Below are positions 45,001 to 56,920 of a stretch of 64,000 nt of DNA, in pieces. Source of the DNA: Eledone cirrhosa (lineage: Eukaryota); NCBI GenBank assembly GCA_964016885.1, contig OZ024743.1:198338001-198402000 (forward strand), given 5' to 3'. How positions within the stretch are numbered: position 1 is the first letter of the stretch; each line of letters begins with the position of its first letter. The notes below the pieces were generated by a model that worked only from the letters and a program-made list of their open reading frames with translations, ran no database searches and was not told the origin of the DNA. The position numbers and the translations under genes are program-made.

Positions 45001-48000
45001 TAAGTATGGATGTGAATGGGTGATGTAATTGGTTTCTGTAAGTATGGATGTGAGAGGGTGATCTAATCGGTTTCACTAAGTATGGATGTGAGTGGCTGAT
45101 GTAATCGGGTTCTGTAAGTAAGGATGTGCGAGGATGATGTAATCGGTTACTATAAGTATCGATGTGAGAGGGTGATTTAATCGGTTTCTATAAGTATGGA
45201 TGTGCGAGGGTGATGTAATCGTTTATTATAAGTATGGATGTGAGAGGGTGATGTAATCGGTTTCTATAAGTATGGATGTGAGAGGGTGATGTAATCGGTT
45301 ACTTTAATTATGGATGTATATGTTTGATGTAATCGGTTTCTGTAAGAATGGATGTGAGAAGGTGATGTAATTGGTTTCTATAAGTATGGATGTGAGAGAA
45401 TGATGAAATCGGTTTCTATAAGTATGGATGTAGGAGGGTGATGTAATCGGTTTCTATAAGTATGGATGTGAGTGTGTCATGTAATCGGTTTCTATAAGTA
45501 TGGATGTGAGTGGGTGATGTAATCGGTTTCTATAAGTATGGATGTGCGTGGGTGATGTAATCGGTTTCTATAAGTATGGATATGAGAGGGTGATGTAATC
45601 GGTTTCTGTAAGTATGGATGTGAGAGGGTGATGTAATCGGTTTCTATAAGTATCGATGTGAGAGGGTGATGTAATCGCGTTCTGTAAGTATGGATGTTAG
45701 AGGGTGTTGTAATCGGTTTCTATAAGTATGGATATAAATGTTTGATGTAATCGGTTTCCGTAAGAATGATTGTGAGAGGGTGATCTAATCGGTTTCACTA
45801 AGTATGGATGTGAGTGGCTGATGTAATCGGTTTCTATAAGTATGGATGTGAGAAGTTGATGTAATTGATTTCTGTAAGTATAGATGTGAGAGGGTGATGT
45901 AATCGGTTTCCGTAAGTATGGATGTGAGAGGGCGATGTAATCGATTTCTATAAGTATGGATGTGAGTGGGTGATGTAATCGGTTTCTATAAGTATGGATG
46001 TGAGTGGGTGATGTAATCGGTTTCTATAAGTATGGATGTCAGAGGGTGATGTAATCAGTTTCTGTAAGTATGGATGTGAGAGGGTGATGTAATCGATTTA
46101 TTTAAATATGGATGTGAGAGGGTGATGTAATCGGTTTCTCTAAGTATGGATGTGAGAGGGTGATGTAATCGGTTTCTGTAAGTATGGATGTGGGTTTAGT
46201 GATGTAATCAATTTCTATAAGTATGGATGTGAACGGTTGATGCAAGCGGTTTCTATAAGTATGGATGTGAGCGGGTGGTGTAATCGATTGCTGTTTGTAT
46301 GGATGTGAGAGTGTGATGTATTCGGTTTCTGTAAGTATGGATGTCAGAGGGTGATGTAATCAGTTTCTATATGTTTGGATGTGAGCGGGTGATGTAATAG
46401 GTTTCTGTAAGTATTTATGTGAGTGAGTGATGTAATCAGTTTCTGTAAGTATGGATGTGAGAGGGTGATGTAATCGATTTATTTAAATATGGATGTGAGA
46501 GGGTGATGTAATCGGTTTCTCTAAGTATGGATGTGAGAGTGTGATGTAATCGGTTTCTGTAAGTATGGATGTGAGCGGTTGATGTAATCGGTTTCTATAA
46601 TATGGATGTGAGTGGGTGATATAATCGGTTTCTATTAGTATGGATGTGAGTGGGTGGTGTAATCGATTTCTATTTGTATGGATGTGAGAGTGTGATGTAT
46701 TCGGTTTCTGTAAGTATGGATGTCAGAGGGTGATGTAATCAGTTTCTATATGTTTGGATGTGAGCGGGTGATGTAATAGGTTTCTGTAAGTATTTATGTG
46801 AGTGAGTGATGTAATCAGTTTCTGTAAGTATGGATGTGAGAGGGTGATGTAATCGATTTATTTAAATATGGATGTGAGAGGGTGATGTAATCGGTTTCTC
46901 TAAGTATGGATGTGAGAGTGTGATGTATTCGGTTTCTGTAAGTATGGATGTGAGAGGGTGATGTAATCGTTTTCTGTAAGTATGGATATGAGTGGGTGAT
47001 GGAATCAGTTTCTGTAAGTATGGATGTGAGTGAGGGATGTAATCAGTTTCTGCAAGTATGTATGAGAGAGGTGGATGTAATCGGTTTATATAATTATGGA
47101 TGTGAGTGGGTGACGTAATCGGTTTCTATAAGTATGAATGTGGGTGAGTGATGTAATCGGTTTCTATAAGTATGGATGTGAATGGGTGATGCAAGCGGTT
47201 TCTATAAGTAGAGAATGTAAGTGGATGATGAAATCCGTTTCTGTAAGTATGGATGTGAGCGGTTGATGTAATCGGTTTCTATAATATGGATGTGAGTCGG
47301 TGATATAATCGGTTTTTATTAGTATGGATGTGAGTGGGTGATGTATTCGGTTTCTGTTTGTATGGATGTGAGAGTGTGATGTAATCGGTTTCTGTAAGTA
47401 TGGATGTGAGTGAGGGATGTAATCAGTTTCTGCAAGTATGGATGTGAGAGGGGGATGTAATCGGTTTATATAATTATGGAGGTGAGTGGGTGATGTAATC
47501 GGTTTCTATAAGTATGGATGTGAATGGGTGATGTAATTGGTTTCTGTAAGTATGGATGTGAGAGGGTGATCTAATCGGTTTCACTAAGTATGGATGTGAG
47601 TGGCTGATGTAATCGGGTTCTGTAAGTAAGGATGTGCGAGGATGATGTAATCGGTTACTATAAGTATCGATGTGAGAGGGTGATTTAATCGGTTTCTATA
47701 AGTATGGATGTGCGAGGGTGATGTAATCGTTTATTATAAGTATGGATGTGAGAGGGTGATGTAATCGGTTTCTATAAGTATGGATGTGAGAGGGTGATGT
47801 AATCGGTTACTTTAATTATGGATGTATATGTTTGATGTAATCGGTTTCTGTAAGAATGGATGTGAGAAGGTGATGTAATTGGTTTCTATAAGTATGGATG
47901 TGGGAGGGTGATGTAATCGGTTTCTATAAGTATAGATGTGAGTGTGTCATGTAATCGGTTTCTATAAGTATGGATGTGAGTGGGTGATGTAATCGGTTTC

Positions 48001-51000
48001 TATAAGTGTGGATGTGCGTGGGTGATGTAATCGGTTTCTATAAGTATGGATATGAGAGGGTGATGTAATCGGTTTCTGTAAGTATGGATGTGAGAGGGTG
48101 ATGTAATCGGTTTCTATAAGTATCGATGTGAGAGGGTGATGTAATCGGTTTCTGTAAGTATGGATGTTAGAGGGTGTTGTAATCGGTTTCTATAAGTATG
48201 GATATAAATGTTTGATGTAATCGGTTTCCGTAAGAATGATTGTGAGAGGGTGATCTAATCGGTTTCACTAAGTATGGATGTGAGTGGCTGATGTAATCGG
48301 TTTCTATAAGTATGGATGTGAGAAGTTGATGTAATTGATTTCTGTAAGTATAGATGTGAGAGGGTGATGTAATCGGTTTCCGTAAGTATGGATGTGAGAG
48401 GGCGATGTAATCGATTTCTATAAGTATGGATGTGAGTGGGTGATGTAATCGGTTTCTATAAGTATGTATGTGAGTGGGTGATGTAATCGGTTTCTATAAG
48501 TATGGATGTCAGAGGGTGATGTAATCAGTTTCTATATGTTTGGATGTGAGCGGGTGATGTAATAGGTTTCTGTAAGTATTGATGTGAGTGAGTGATGTAA
48601 TCAGTTTCTGTAAGTATGGATGTGAGAGGGTGATGTAATCGATTTATTTAAATATGGATGTGAGAGGGTGATGTAATCGGTTTCTCTAAGTATGGATGTG
48701 AGAGGGTGATGTAATCGGTTTCTGTAAGTATGGATGTGGGTTTAGTGATGTAATCAATTTCTATAAGTATGGATGTGAACGGGTGATGCAAGCGGTTTCT
48801 ATAAGTATGGATGTGAGCGGGTGGTGTAATCGATTTCTGTTTGTATGGATGTGAGAGTGTGATGTATTCGGTTTCTGTAAGTATGGATGTCAGAGGGTGA
48901 TGTAATCAGTTTCTATATGTTTGGATGTGAGCTGGTTATGTAATAAGTTTCTGTAAGTATTTATGTGAGTGAGTGATGTAATCAGTTTCTGTAAGTATGG
49001 ATGTGAGAGGGTGATGTAATCGATTTATTTAAATATGGATGTGAGAGGGTGATGTAATCGATTTCTCTAAGTATGGATGTGAGAGTGTGATGTAATCGGT
49101 TTCTGTAAGTATGGATGTGAGCGGTTGATGTAATCGGTTTCTATAATATGGATGTGAGTGGGTGATATAATCGGTTTCTATTAGTATGGATGTGAGTGGG
49201 TGGTGTAATCGATTTCTATTTGTATGGATGTGAGAGTGTGATGTATTCGGTTTCTGTAAGTATGGATGTGAGAGGGTGATGTAATCGTTTTCTGTAAGTA
49301 TGGATATGAGTGGGTGATGGAATCAGTTTCTGTAAGTATGGATGTGAGTGAGGGATGTAATCAGTTTCTGCAAGTATGTATGAGAGAGGTGGATGTAATC
49401 GGTTTATATAATTATGGATGTGAGTGGGTGACGTAATCGGTTTCTATAAGTATGAATGTGGGTGAGTGATGTAATCGGTTTCTATAAGTATGGATGTGAA
49501 TGGGTGATGCAAGCGGTTTCTATAAGTAGAGAATGTAAGTGGATGATGTAATCCGTTTCTGTAAGTATGGATGTGAGCGGTTGATGTAATCGGTTTCTAT
49601 AATATGGATGTGACTCGGTGATATAATCGGTTTCTATTATTATGGATGTGAATGGCTGATGTAATCGGTTTCTGTAAGAATGGACGTGAGAGTGTGATGT
49701 AATCGGTTTCTATAAGTATGGATTGTGAGGGTGATGTAATCGGTTATTATAAGTATGGATGTGAGAGGATGATGTAATCGGTTTCTGTAAGTATGGATTG
49801 CGAGTGGGTGATCTGATCGGTTTCTGTAAGTATGGATGTGAGAGGGTGATGTAATCGATTTATGTAAATATGGATGTGAGAGGGTGATGTAATCGGTTTC
49901 TCTAATTATGGATGGGAGAGGGTATTGTAATCGGTTTCTATAAGTATGGATGTGGGTGAGTGATGTAATTGGTTTCTATAATTATGGATGTGAATGGGTG
50001 ATGCAATGGGTTTCTATAAGTATGGATGTGAGTGGATGATGTAATCGGTTTCTGTAAGTATGGATGTGAGCGGTTGATGTTATCGGTTTCTGTAATATGG
50101 ATGTGAGTGGGTGATATAATCGGTTTTTATTAGTATGGATGTGAGTGGGTGATGTAATCGGTTTCTGTTTGTATGGATGTGAGAGTTTGATGTAATCGTT
50201 TTCTGTAAGTATGGATGTGAGCGCTTGATGTAATTGGTTTCTATAATATGGATGTGAGTGGGTGATATAATCGGTTTTTATTAGTATGGATGTGAGTGGG
50301 TGATGTATTCGGTTTCTGTTTGTATGGATGTGAGAGTGTGATGTAATCGGTTTCTGCAAGTATGGATGTGAGAGGGGGATGTAATCGGTTTATATAATTA
50401 TGGAGGTGAGTGGGTGATGTAATCGGTTTCTATAAGTATGGATGTGAATGGGTGATGTAATTGGTTTCTGTAAGTATGGATGTGAGAGGGTGATCTAATC
50501 GGTTTCACTAAGTATGGATGTGAGTGGCTGATGTAATCGGGTTCTGTAAGTAAGGATGTGCGAGGATGATGTAATCGGTTACTATAAGTATCGATGTGAG
50601 AGGGTGATTTCATCGGTTTCTATAAGTATGGATGTGCGAGGGTGATGTAATCGTTTATTATAAGTATGGATGTGAGAGGGTGATGTAATCGGTTTCTATA
50701 AGTATGGATATGAGAGGGTGATGTAATCGGTTACTTTAATTATGGATGTATATGTTTGATGTAATCGGTTTCTGTAAGAATGGATGTGAGAAGGTGATGT
50801 AATTGGTTTCTATAAGTATGGATGTGAGAGAATGATGTAATCGGTTTCTATAAGTATGGATGTGGGAGGGTGATGTAATCGGTTTCTATAAGTATGGATG
50901 TGAGTGTGTCATGTAATCGGTTTCTATAGGTATGGATGTGAGTGGGTGATGTAATCGGTTTCTATAAGTATGGATGTGCGTGGGTGATGTAATCGGTTTC

Positions 51001-54000
51001 TATAAGTATGGATATGAGAGGGTGATGTAATCGGTTTCTGTAAGTATGGATGTGAGAGGGTGATCTAATCGGTTTAACTAAGTATGGATGTGAGAGGGTG
51101 ATGTAATCGGTTACTTTAATTATGGATGTATATGTTTGATGTAATCGGTTTCTGTAAGAATGGATGTGAGAAGGTGATGTAATTGGTTTCTATAAGTATG
51201 GATGTGGGAGGGTGATGTAATCGGTTTCTATAAGTATGGATGTGAGTGTGTCATGTAATCGGTTTCTATAAGTATGGATGTGAGTGGGTGATGTAATCGG
51301 TTTCTATAAGTATGGATGTGCGTGGGTGATGTAATCGGTTTCTATAAGTATGGATATGAGAGGGTGATGTAATCGGTTTCTGTAAGTATGGATGTGAGAG
51401 GGTGATGTAATCGGTTTCTATAAGTATCGATGTGAGAGGGTGATGTAATCGGTTTCTGTAAGTATGGATGTTAGAGGGTGTTGTAATCGGTTTCTATAAG
51501 TATGGATATAAATGTTTGATGTAATCGGTTTCCGTAAGAATGATTGTGAGAGGGTGATCTAATCGGTTTCACTAAGTATGGATGTGAGTGGCTGATGTAA
51601 TCGGTTTCTATAAGTATGGATGTGAGAAGTTGATGTAATTGATTTCTGTAAGTATAGATGTGAGAGGGTGATGTAATCGGTTTCCGTAAGTATGGATGTG
51701 AGAGGGCGATGTAATCGATTTCTATAAGTATGGATGTGAGTGGGTGATGTAATCGGTTTCTATAAGTATGTATGTGAGTGGGTGATGTAATCGGTTTCTA
51801 TAAGTATGGATGTCAGAGGGTGATGTAATCAGTTTCTATATGTTTGGATGTGAGCGGGTGATGTAATAGGTTTCTGTAAGTATTGATGTGAGTGAGTGAT
51901 GTAATCAGTTTCTGTAAGTATGGATGTGAGAGGGTGATGTAATCGATTTATTTAAATATGGATGTGAGAGGGTGATGTAATCGGTTTCTCTAAGTATGGA
52001 TGTGAGAGGGTGATGTAATCGGTTTCTGTAAGTATGGATGTGGGTTTAGTGATGTAATCAATTTCTATAAGTATGGATGTGAACGGGTGATGCAAGCGGT
52101 TTCTATAAGTATGGATGTGAGCGGGTGGTGTAATCGATTTCTGTTTGTATGGATGTGAGAGTGTGATGTATTCGGTTTCTGTAAGTATGGATGTCAGAGG
52201 GTGATGTAATCAGTTTCTATATGTTTGGATGTGAGCGGGTGATGTAATAGGTTTCTGTAAGTATTTATGTGAGTGAGTGATGTAATCAGTTTCTGTAAGT
52301 ATGGATGTGAGAGGGTGATGTAATCGATTTATTTAAATATGGATGTGAGAGGGTGATGTAATCGGTTTCTCTAAGTATGGATGTGAGAGTGTGATGTAAT
52401 CGGTTTCTGTAAGTATGGATGTGAGCGGTTGATGTAATCGGTTTCTATAATATGGATGTGAGTGGGTGATATAATCGGTTTCTATTAGTATGGATGTGAG
52501 TGGGTGGTGTAATCGATTTCTATTTGTATGGATGTGAGAGTGTGATGTATTCGGTTTCTGTAAGTATGGATGTGAGAGGGTGATGTAATCGTTTTCTGTA
52601 AGTATGGATATGAGTGGGTGATGGAATCAGTTTCTGTAAGTATGGATGTGAGTGAGGGATGTAATCAGTTTCTGCAAGTATGTATGAGAGAGGTGGATGT
52701 AATCGGTTTATATAATTATGGATGTGAGTGGGTGACGTAATCGGTTTCTATAAGTATGAATGTGGGTGAGTGATGTAATCGGTTTCTATAAGTATGGATG
52801 TGAATAGGTGATGCAAGCGGTTTCTATAAGTAGAGAATGTAAGTGGATGATGTAATCCGTTTCTGTAAGTATGGATGTGAGCAGTTGATGTAATCGGTTT
52901 CTATAATATGGATTGTGAGGGTGATGTAATCGGTTATTATAAGTATGGATGTGAGAGGATGATGTAATCGGTTTCTATAAGTATGGATGTGAGAGGGTGA
53001 TGTAATTGGTTTCTGTAAGTATGGATGTGAGAGGGTGATGTAATCGGTTTCTGTAAGTATGGATTGCGAGTGGGTGATGTAATCAGTTTCTGTAAGTATG
53101 GATGTGAGAGGGTGATGTAATCGGTTTCTATAAGTATGGATGTGAGTGGGTGATGTAAACGGTTGCTGTAAGTATGGATTGCGAGTGGGTGATGTAATCA
53201 GTTTCTGTAAGTATGAATGTGAGTGGGTGATGTGATCGGTTTCTGTAAGTATGGATGTGAGAGGCTGATGTAATCGATTTATGTAAATATGGATGTGAGA
53301 GGGAGATGTAATCGGTTTCTCTAAGTATGGATGTGGGAGCGTGATGTAATCGGTTTCTACAAGTATGGATGTGAATGTGTGATGCAATCGGTTTCCATAA
53401 GTATGGATGTGAGTGGATGATGTAATCGGTTTCTGTAAGTATGGATGTGAGCGGTTGATGTAATCGGTAGCTATAATATGGATGTGAGTGATTGATATAA
53501 TCGTTTTATATTAGTATGGATATGAGTGGGTGATGTAATCGGTTTCTGTTTGTATGGATGTGGGATGTGATGTAATCGGTTTCTGTAAGTATGGATGTGA
53601 GAGGGGGATGTAATCGTTTTCTGTAAGTATGGATGTGAGTGGGTGATGTAATCGGTTTCTGTAAGCATGGATGTGAGTGACGGATGAAACCAGTTTCTGC
53701 AAGTGTGGATGTGAGAGGGGGATGTAATCGGTTTATATAATTATGGATGTGAGTGGGTGATGTAATCGGTTTATATAATTATGTATGTGAGAGGGTGATG
53801 TAATCGGTTACTATAAGTATGGATGTTCAGAGGTTGATGTAATCGGTTTCTATAAGTATGCATGTGCGAGGGTGATGTAATCGGTTTCTATAAGTATGGA
53901 TGTGAGTGGGTGATGTAATCGGTTACTATAAGTATGGATGTGAGAGGGTGTTGTAATCGGTTTCTCTAAGTATGGATGCGAGAGGCTGATGTAATCGGTT

Positions 54001-54770
54001 TCTATATGTATGGATGTGAGTGGGTGATGTAATCGGTTTCTGTATGTATGCATGTGAGCGAGTGATGTAATCGGTTTCTATAAGTATGGATGTGAGTGGG
54101 TGATGTAATCGGTTTCTGTAAGTATGGATGTGAGTAAGTGATGTAATCGGATTCTATAAGTATTCATGTGTGTGGGTGATGTAATTGCTTTCTATAATTA
54201 TGGATGTGAGTGGGTGATGTAATCGGTTTCTGTAACTATGGATGTGAGTAAGTGATGTAATCGGTTTCTGTAAGTATTCATGTGAGTGGGTGATGTAATC
54301 GCTTTCTATAATTATGGATGTGAGTGGGTGATGTAATCGGTTTCTATAAGTATGGATGTGCGAGGGTGATGTAATCGGTTTCTGTATGTCTGGATGTGAG
54401 AGTGTGATGTAATAGGTTTCTATAAGTATGGATGTCAGTGGGTGATGGAATCGGTTTCTGTAAGTATGGATGTGAGAGGGTGATGCAATCGGTTTCTATA
54501 AGTATGGATGTGAGTGTGTGATGTAATTGGTTTCTGTAAGTATGGATGTGAGTTGGGTTATGTAATCGCTTTCTGTAAGTATGGATGTGAGAGGGTGATG
54601 TAATCGGTTTCAGTAAGTATGGATGTGAGTGGGTGATGTAATTGGTTTCTGTAAGTATGGATGTGAGAGGGTGATGTAATTGGTTTCTGTAAGTATGGAT
54701 GTGAGAGGGTGATGTAATCGGTTTCCGTAAGTATGGATGTGAGTGGGTGATGTAATCGTTTTCTCTAATT
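1..54770. repeat. 38-bp tandem satellite array (~1,440 monomers, truncated by the left window edge)
   Basis: First unit 1-38 is ctgtaagtatggatgtgtgagggtgatgtaatcggttt and the next unit starts at 39. The same head-to-tail register continues without foreign insertions or inversions that I could see until ...aatcgttttctctaatt at ~54770. The plus strand is strongly G/T rich. Confidence 0.98.
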
Positions 54771-54984
54771 GTAGTGTTGTACTTGAAGTGATGCATTAGT
54801 TTCGTATTGCTTGTATATAAGGGTGTGTAACGTGTGGTTTGTTCCCTACTGGGGGGGTTGCGTTTCTTGTTGTTTTTGTTGTTGCAAATTGTTGTTTGAT
54901 TGTTTGGAGTGTTGTTTTTGTTAGAGTCTGTTGTAATGTTGACACTACTTTTTGAGGTGGGGCTGGTTGTTTTTTCTGTTGTTA

Positions 54985-55037
54985 GTGGTGGTGGTGGTGG
55001 TGGTGGTGGTGGTGGTGGTGGTGGTGGTGGTGGTGGT
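54985..55037. repeat. (GGT)n microsatellite
   Basis: Pure gtg/ggt run; reads as poly-Pro in the minus-strand ORF. Confidence 0.95.
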
Positions 55038-55630
55038 ATTGGTGGTTGTGGTGATGGTGGATTAGGGTAGATTTGGTGGTAGTGAGGTGGTTGTGTGTAG
55101 GTGTTGTGTGTCATATGTATGGGATGCGTTGTTCTGTGTTTTCTTTATTTGAGGGCGAATTTTCTAGGATTGCTTTTTTTTTCTGTTTTGATATTGACAG
55201 TTTTCCACTCCTACCCCAGTGCGCTAAATCTGGGAGTGGTATATCTTCCGCTTGCAGTATTGTTGCAAGTATTGGCATTGGTTCTGGTTTAGCAAATTGT
55301 TGAGGAGCTGCCGTTACAGCTGTTGTTGTTGATGTTGGATCTCGAATTCAGTGGTGTATGGTATGTATGGTATCTCACCGTACAAAGTTACACATCTTCC
55401 AACATGCCAGGTGGACATATGTGATTGACTCTGTGACCCTTCCGCTTCAGTATTTGCTTAGCCTCCCTTATTTCATCTTCGTTGATGGGTATTTTCGCCG
55501 TATTTCCGTTGTCCCTTCGAAAGAAACGGCTTTTGTGGGTTTTGAGGGCTCGTTCTGTGTTATATTGGGAGGGGTCACATTCTGCTTTGATGCCGTGTCG
55601 TTATAGACAGTTGAAAGCTCTGGGTTTATT

Positions 55631-55655
55631 TTGTTGCTGTTATTGTTATTGTTAC

Positions 55656-55707
<52 letters not shown>

Positions 55708-55716
55708 ACTGTTGTT
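55631..55716. repeat. (GTT)n microsatellite
   Basis: gtt run with a few interruptions; produces the poly-N, poly-C and poly-L ORFs in the track. Confidence 0.95.
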
Positions 55717-56241
55717 AGTGTTGCTGCTCCTGTCTTTGTTGTCATTGCTGTTGCTTCTGTTATTAATTGTGTCAGTGTATTTTGTTGTCGTCATGGGGAA
55801 AGAGTTATTGGCATTAGTATTGTTTTTTGTGTATGTGATGGTGTCGACGATGTTAAATTCGAGAATTCAGTGATATATTTTGTACGTGTCAAGTTATTGT
55901 TGTCGACGGTGTTCCTCTTCCTGATGTATGTAGTGGTGTTAATGACATTGGTGGGGCTTGGAGATGGTGAAGCTATTGTCAACCTTTGAACAACAGTCTG
56001 AGGTGCTGTTACGTGACATTTGGCTGGATGTGGAGGAGGTGTCACCTTCATTAAAAAAAATGTGGGCGTACATTCAAACTGTAAGGTAGAAATATTTAGG
56101 TCAAAGCCCCAAATATTAAGGGGTCTTCCCTTTTGGGGGCAAAGACTAATGCCTTATATCCTAAAAATGTTTAATAAAACAACGATTTAAATATGATAAA
56201 ACAATAAACTTATGGGAGCCTACATTCTCTCATGACTAACC

Positions 56242-56461
56242 AATAATGGTTTCTGATTTAAACACAAGGCCAGCAATTTTGGGGGGAGGAGAAAGTTGAT
56301 TAAATCGACCCCAGTTCGTGACTGGTACTTTATTTTATAGACCCCGTAAGGATTAAAGGCAAAGCTAACCACGGCGAGATTTGAACTCAGATCATAAAGG
56401 GCTGTAACTCTATTCTACGAAGTATGGCGTCCGAACTTCTACCGACACTGCCAATCCACCG
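56242..56461 (-). mobile_element. tRNA-derived SINE, octopus type (OR/OK-like), copy 1
   Basis: Minus strand reads ggtggattggcagtgtcggtag (A-box-like) ... ctgagttcaaatctcgcc (B-box, 56378-56388) ... tttgcctttaatccttacggggtctataaaataaagtaccag ... ggggtcgatttaatcaac ... aaaattgctggccttgtg. Matches my recollection of the abundant Octopus SINE and aligns with five other local copies. Confidence 0.85.
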
Positions 56462-56645
56462 TATATGCAGTCATTTACCCGTCTAGAAATAGCAGGCACA
56501 TATTCCTGGTGAAAATAAGGATACATTGGATTATATATACATCTGTACTTGTATAGGAATGAGAAGAAGCGCCTTTGCTTCATAGGCAAGTTTGATTAGG
56601 ATTAATAGAAAACAACAACGATTGCGTGGTTATAATCAGTAATAT

Positions 56646-56797
56646 AAGGCGGCGAATTGTCACAATAGTGAATTAAATGATTTGCACTATTTTCTCTGGT
56701 TCCTCGCGACATGAATTCAAATCACCGAGGTTAACTTTGGCTCTCATCATCCTAGTAGCGAAAAATAAAGTACAACTCAAATGTTGAAAGCGATTCT
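56646..56797 (+). mobile_element. Diverged SINE of the same family, copy 2 (opposite orientation)
   Basis: aaggcggcgaattgtcacaatag ... tgaattcaaatcaccgaggttaactttggctctcatcatc ... aaaataaagtac reproduces the head, B-box and core order. Confidence 0.65.
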
Positions 56798-56847
56798 TCT
56801 CATTTCACAGCTATTCGTTTCGTCCTTTTCTCAGAAGGTATTTTAAA

Positions 56848-56848
<1 letters not shown>

Positions 56849-56920
<72 letters not shown>
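56849..56920. repeat. (CA)n(TA)n microsatellite at SINE tail
   Basis: Directly visible. Confidence 0.95.

Larger units (their letters stand above)
54771..56051 (-). pseudogene. Decayed, frameshifted T/P/N-rich ORF remnant of unknown origin (possibly retroelement ORF1-like)
   Basis: Consecutive minus-strand open segments 56051-55791, 55794-55468 and 55114-54771. Protein-like stretches in shifted frames fill the gap (TAKIPINEDEIREAKQILKRKGHRVNHICPPGMLEDV; PTSTTTAVTAAPQQFAKPEPMPILATILQAEDIPLPDLAHW). No recognisable domain. Confidence 0.3.

Noticed and set aside
1783-54053. Minus-strand His-rich ORFs as genes, including C2H2 zinc-finger genes (HIHT..QKP resembles the HTGEKP linker)
   Set aside because: They are translations of the 38-bp repeat in rotating frames, lack CxxC pairs, do not have the 84-bp finger period, and are broken by frequent TAG variants.
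1-54770. CRISPR array (repeat length in the CRISPR range)
   Set aside because: Monomers are contiguous with no unique spacers, there are no cas genes, and the context is eukaryotic.
1-55070. Telomeric or telomere-replacing repeat; G-quadruplex array
   Set aside because: No (TTAGGG)n tract (one isolated hexamer near 55062). The G-rich strand points toward the unique flank rather than away from it, and there is only one GGG run per 38 bp.
55073-55873. Plus-strand ORFs with poly-C/poly-L/hydrophobic content
   Set aside because: Antisense shadows of (GTT)n and G/T-rich low-complexity sequence.
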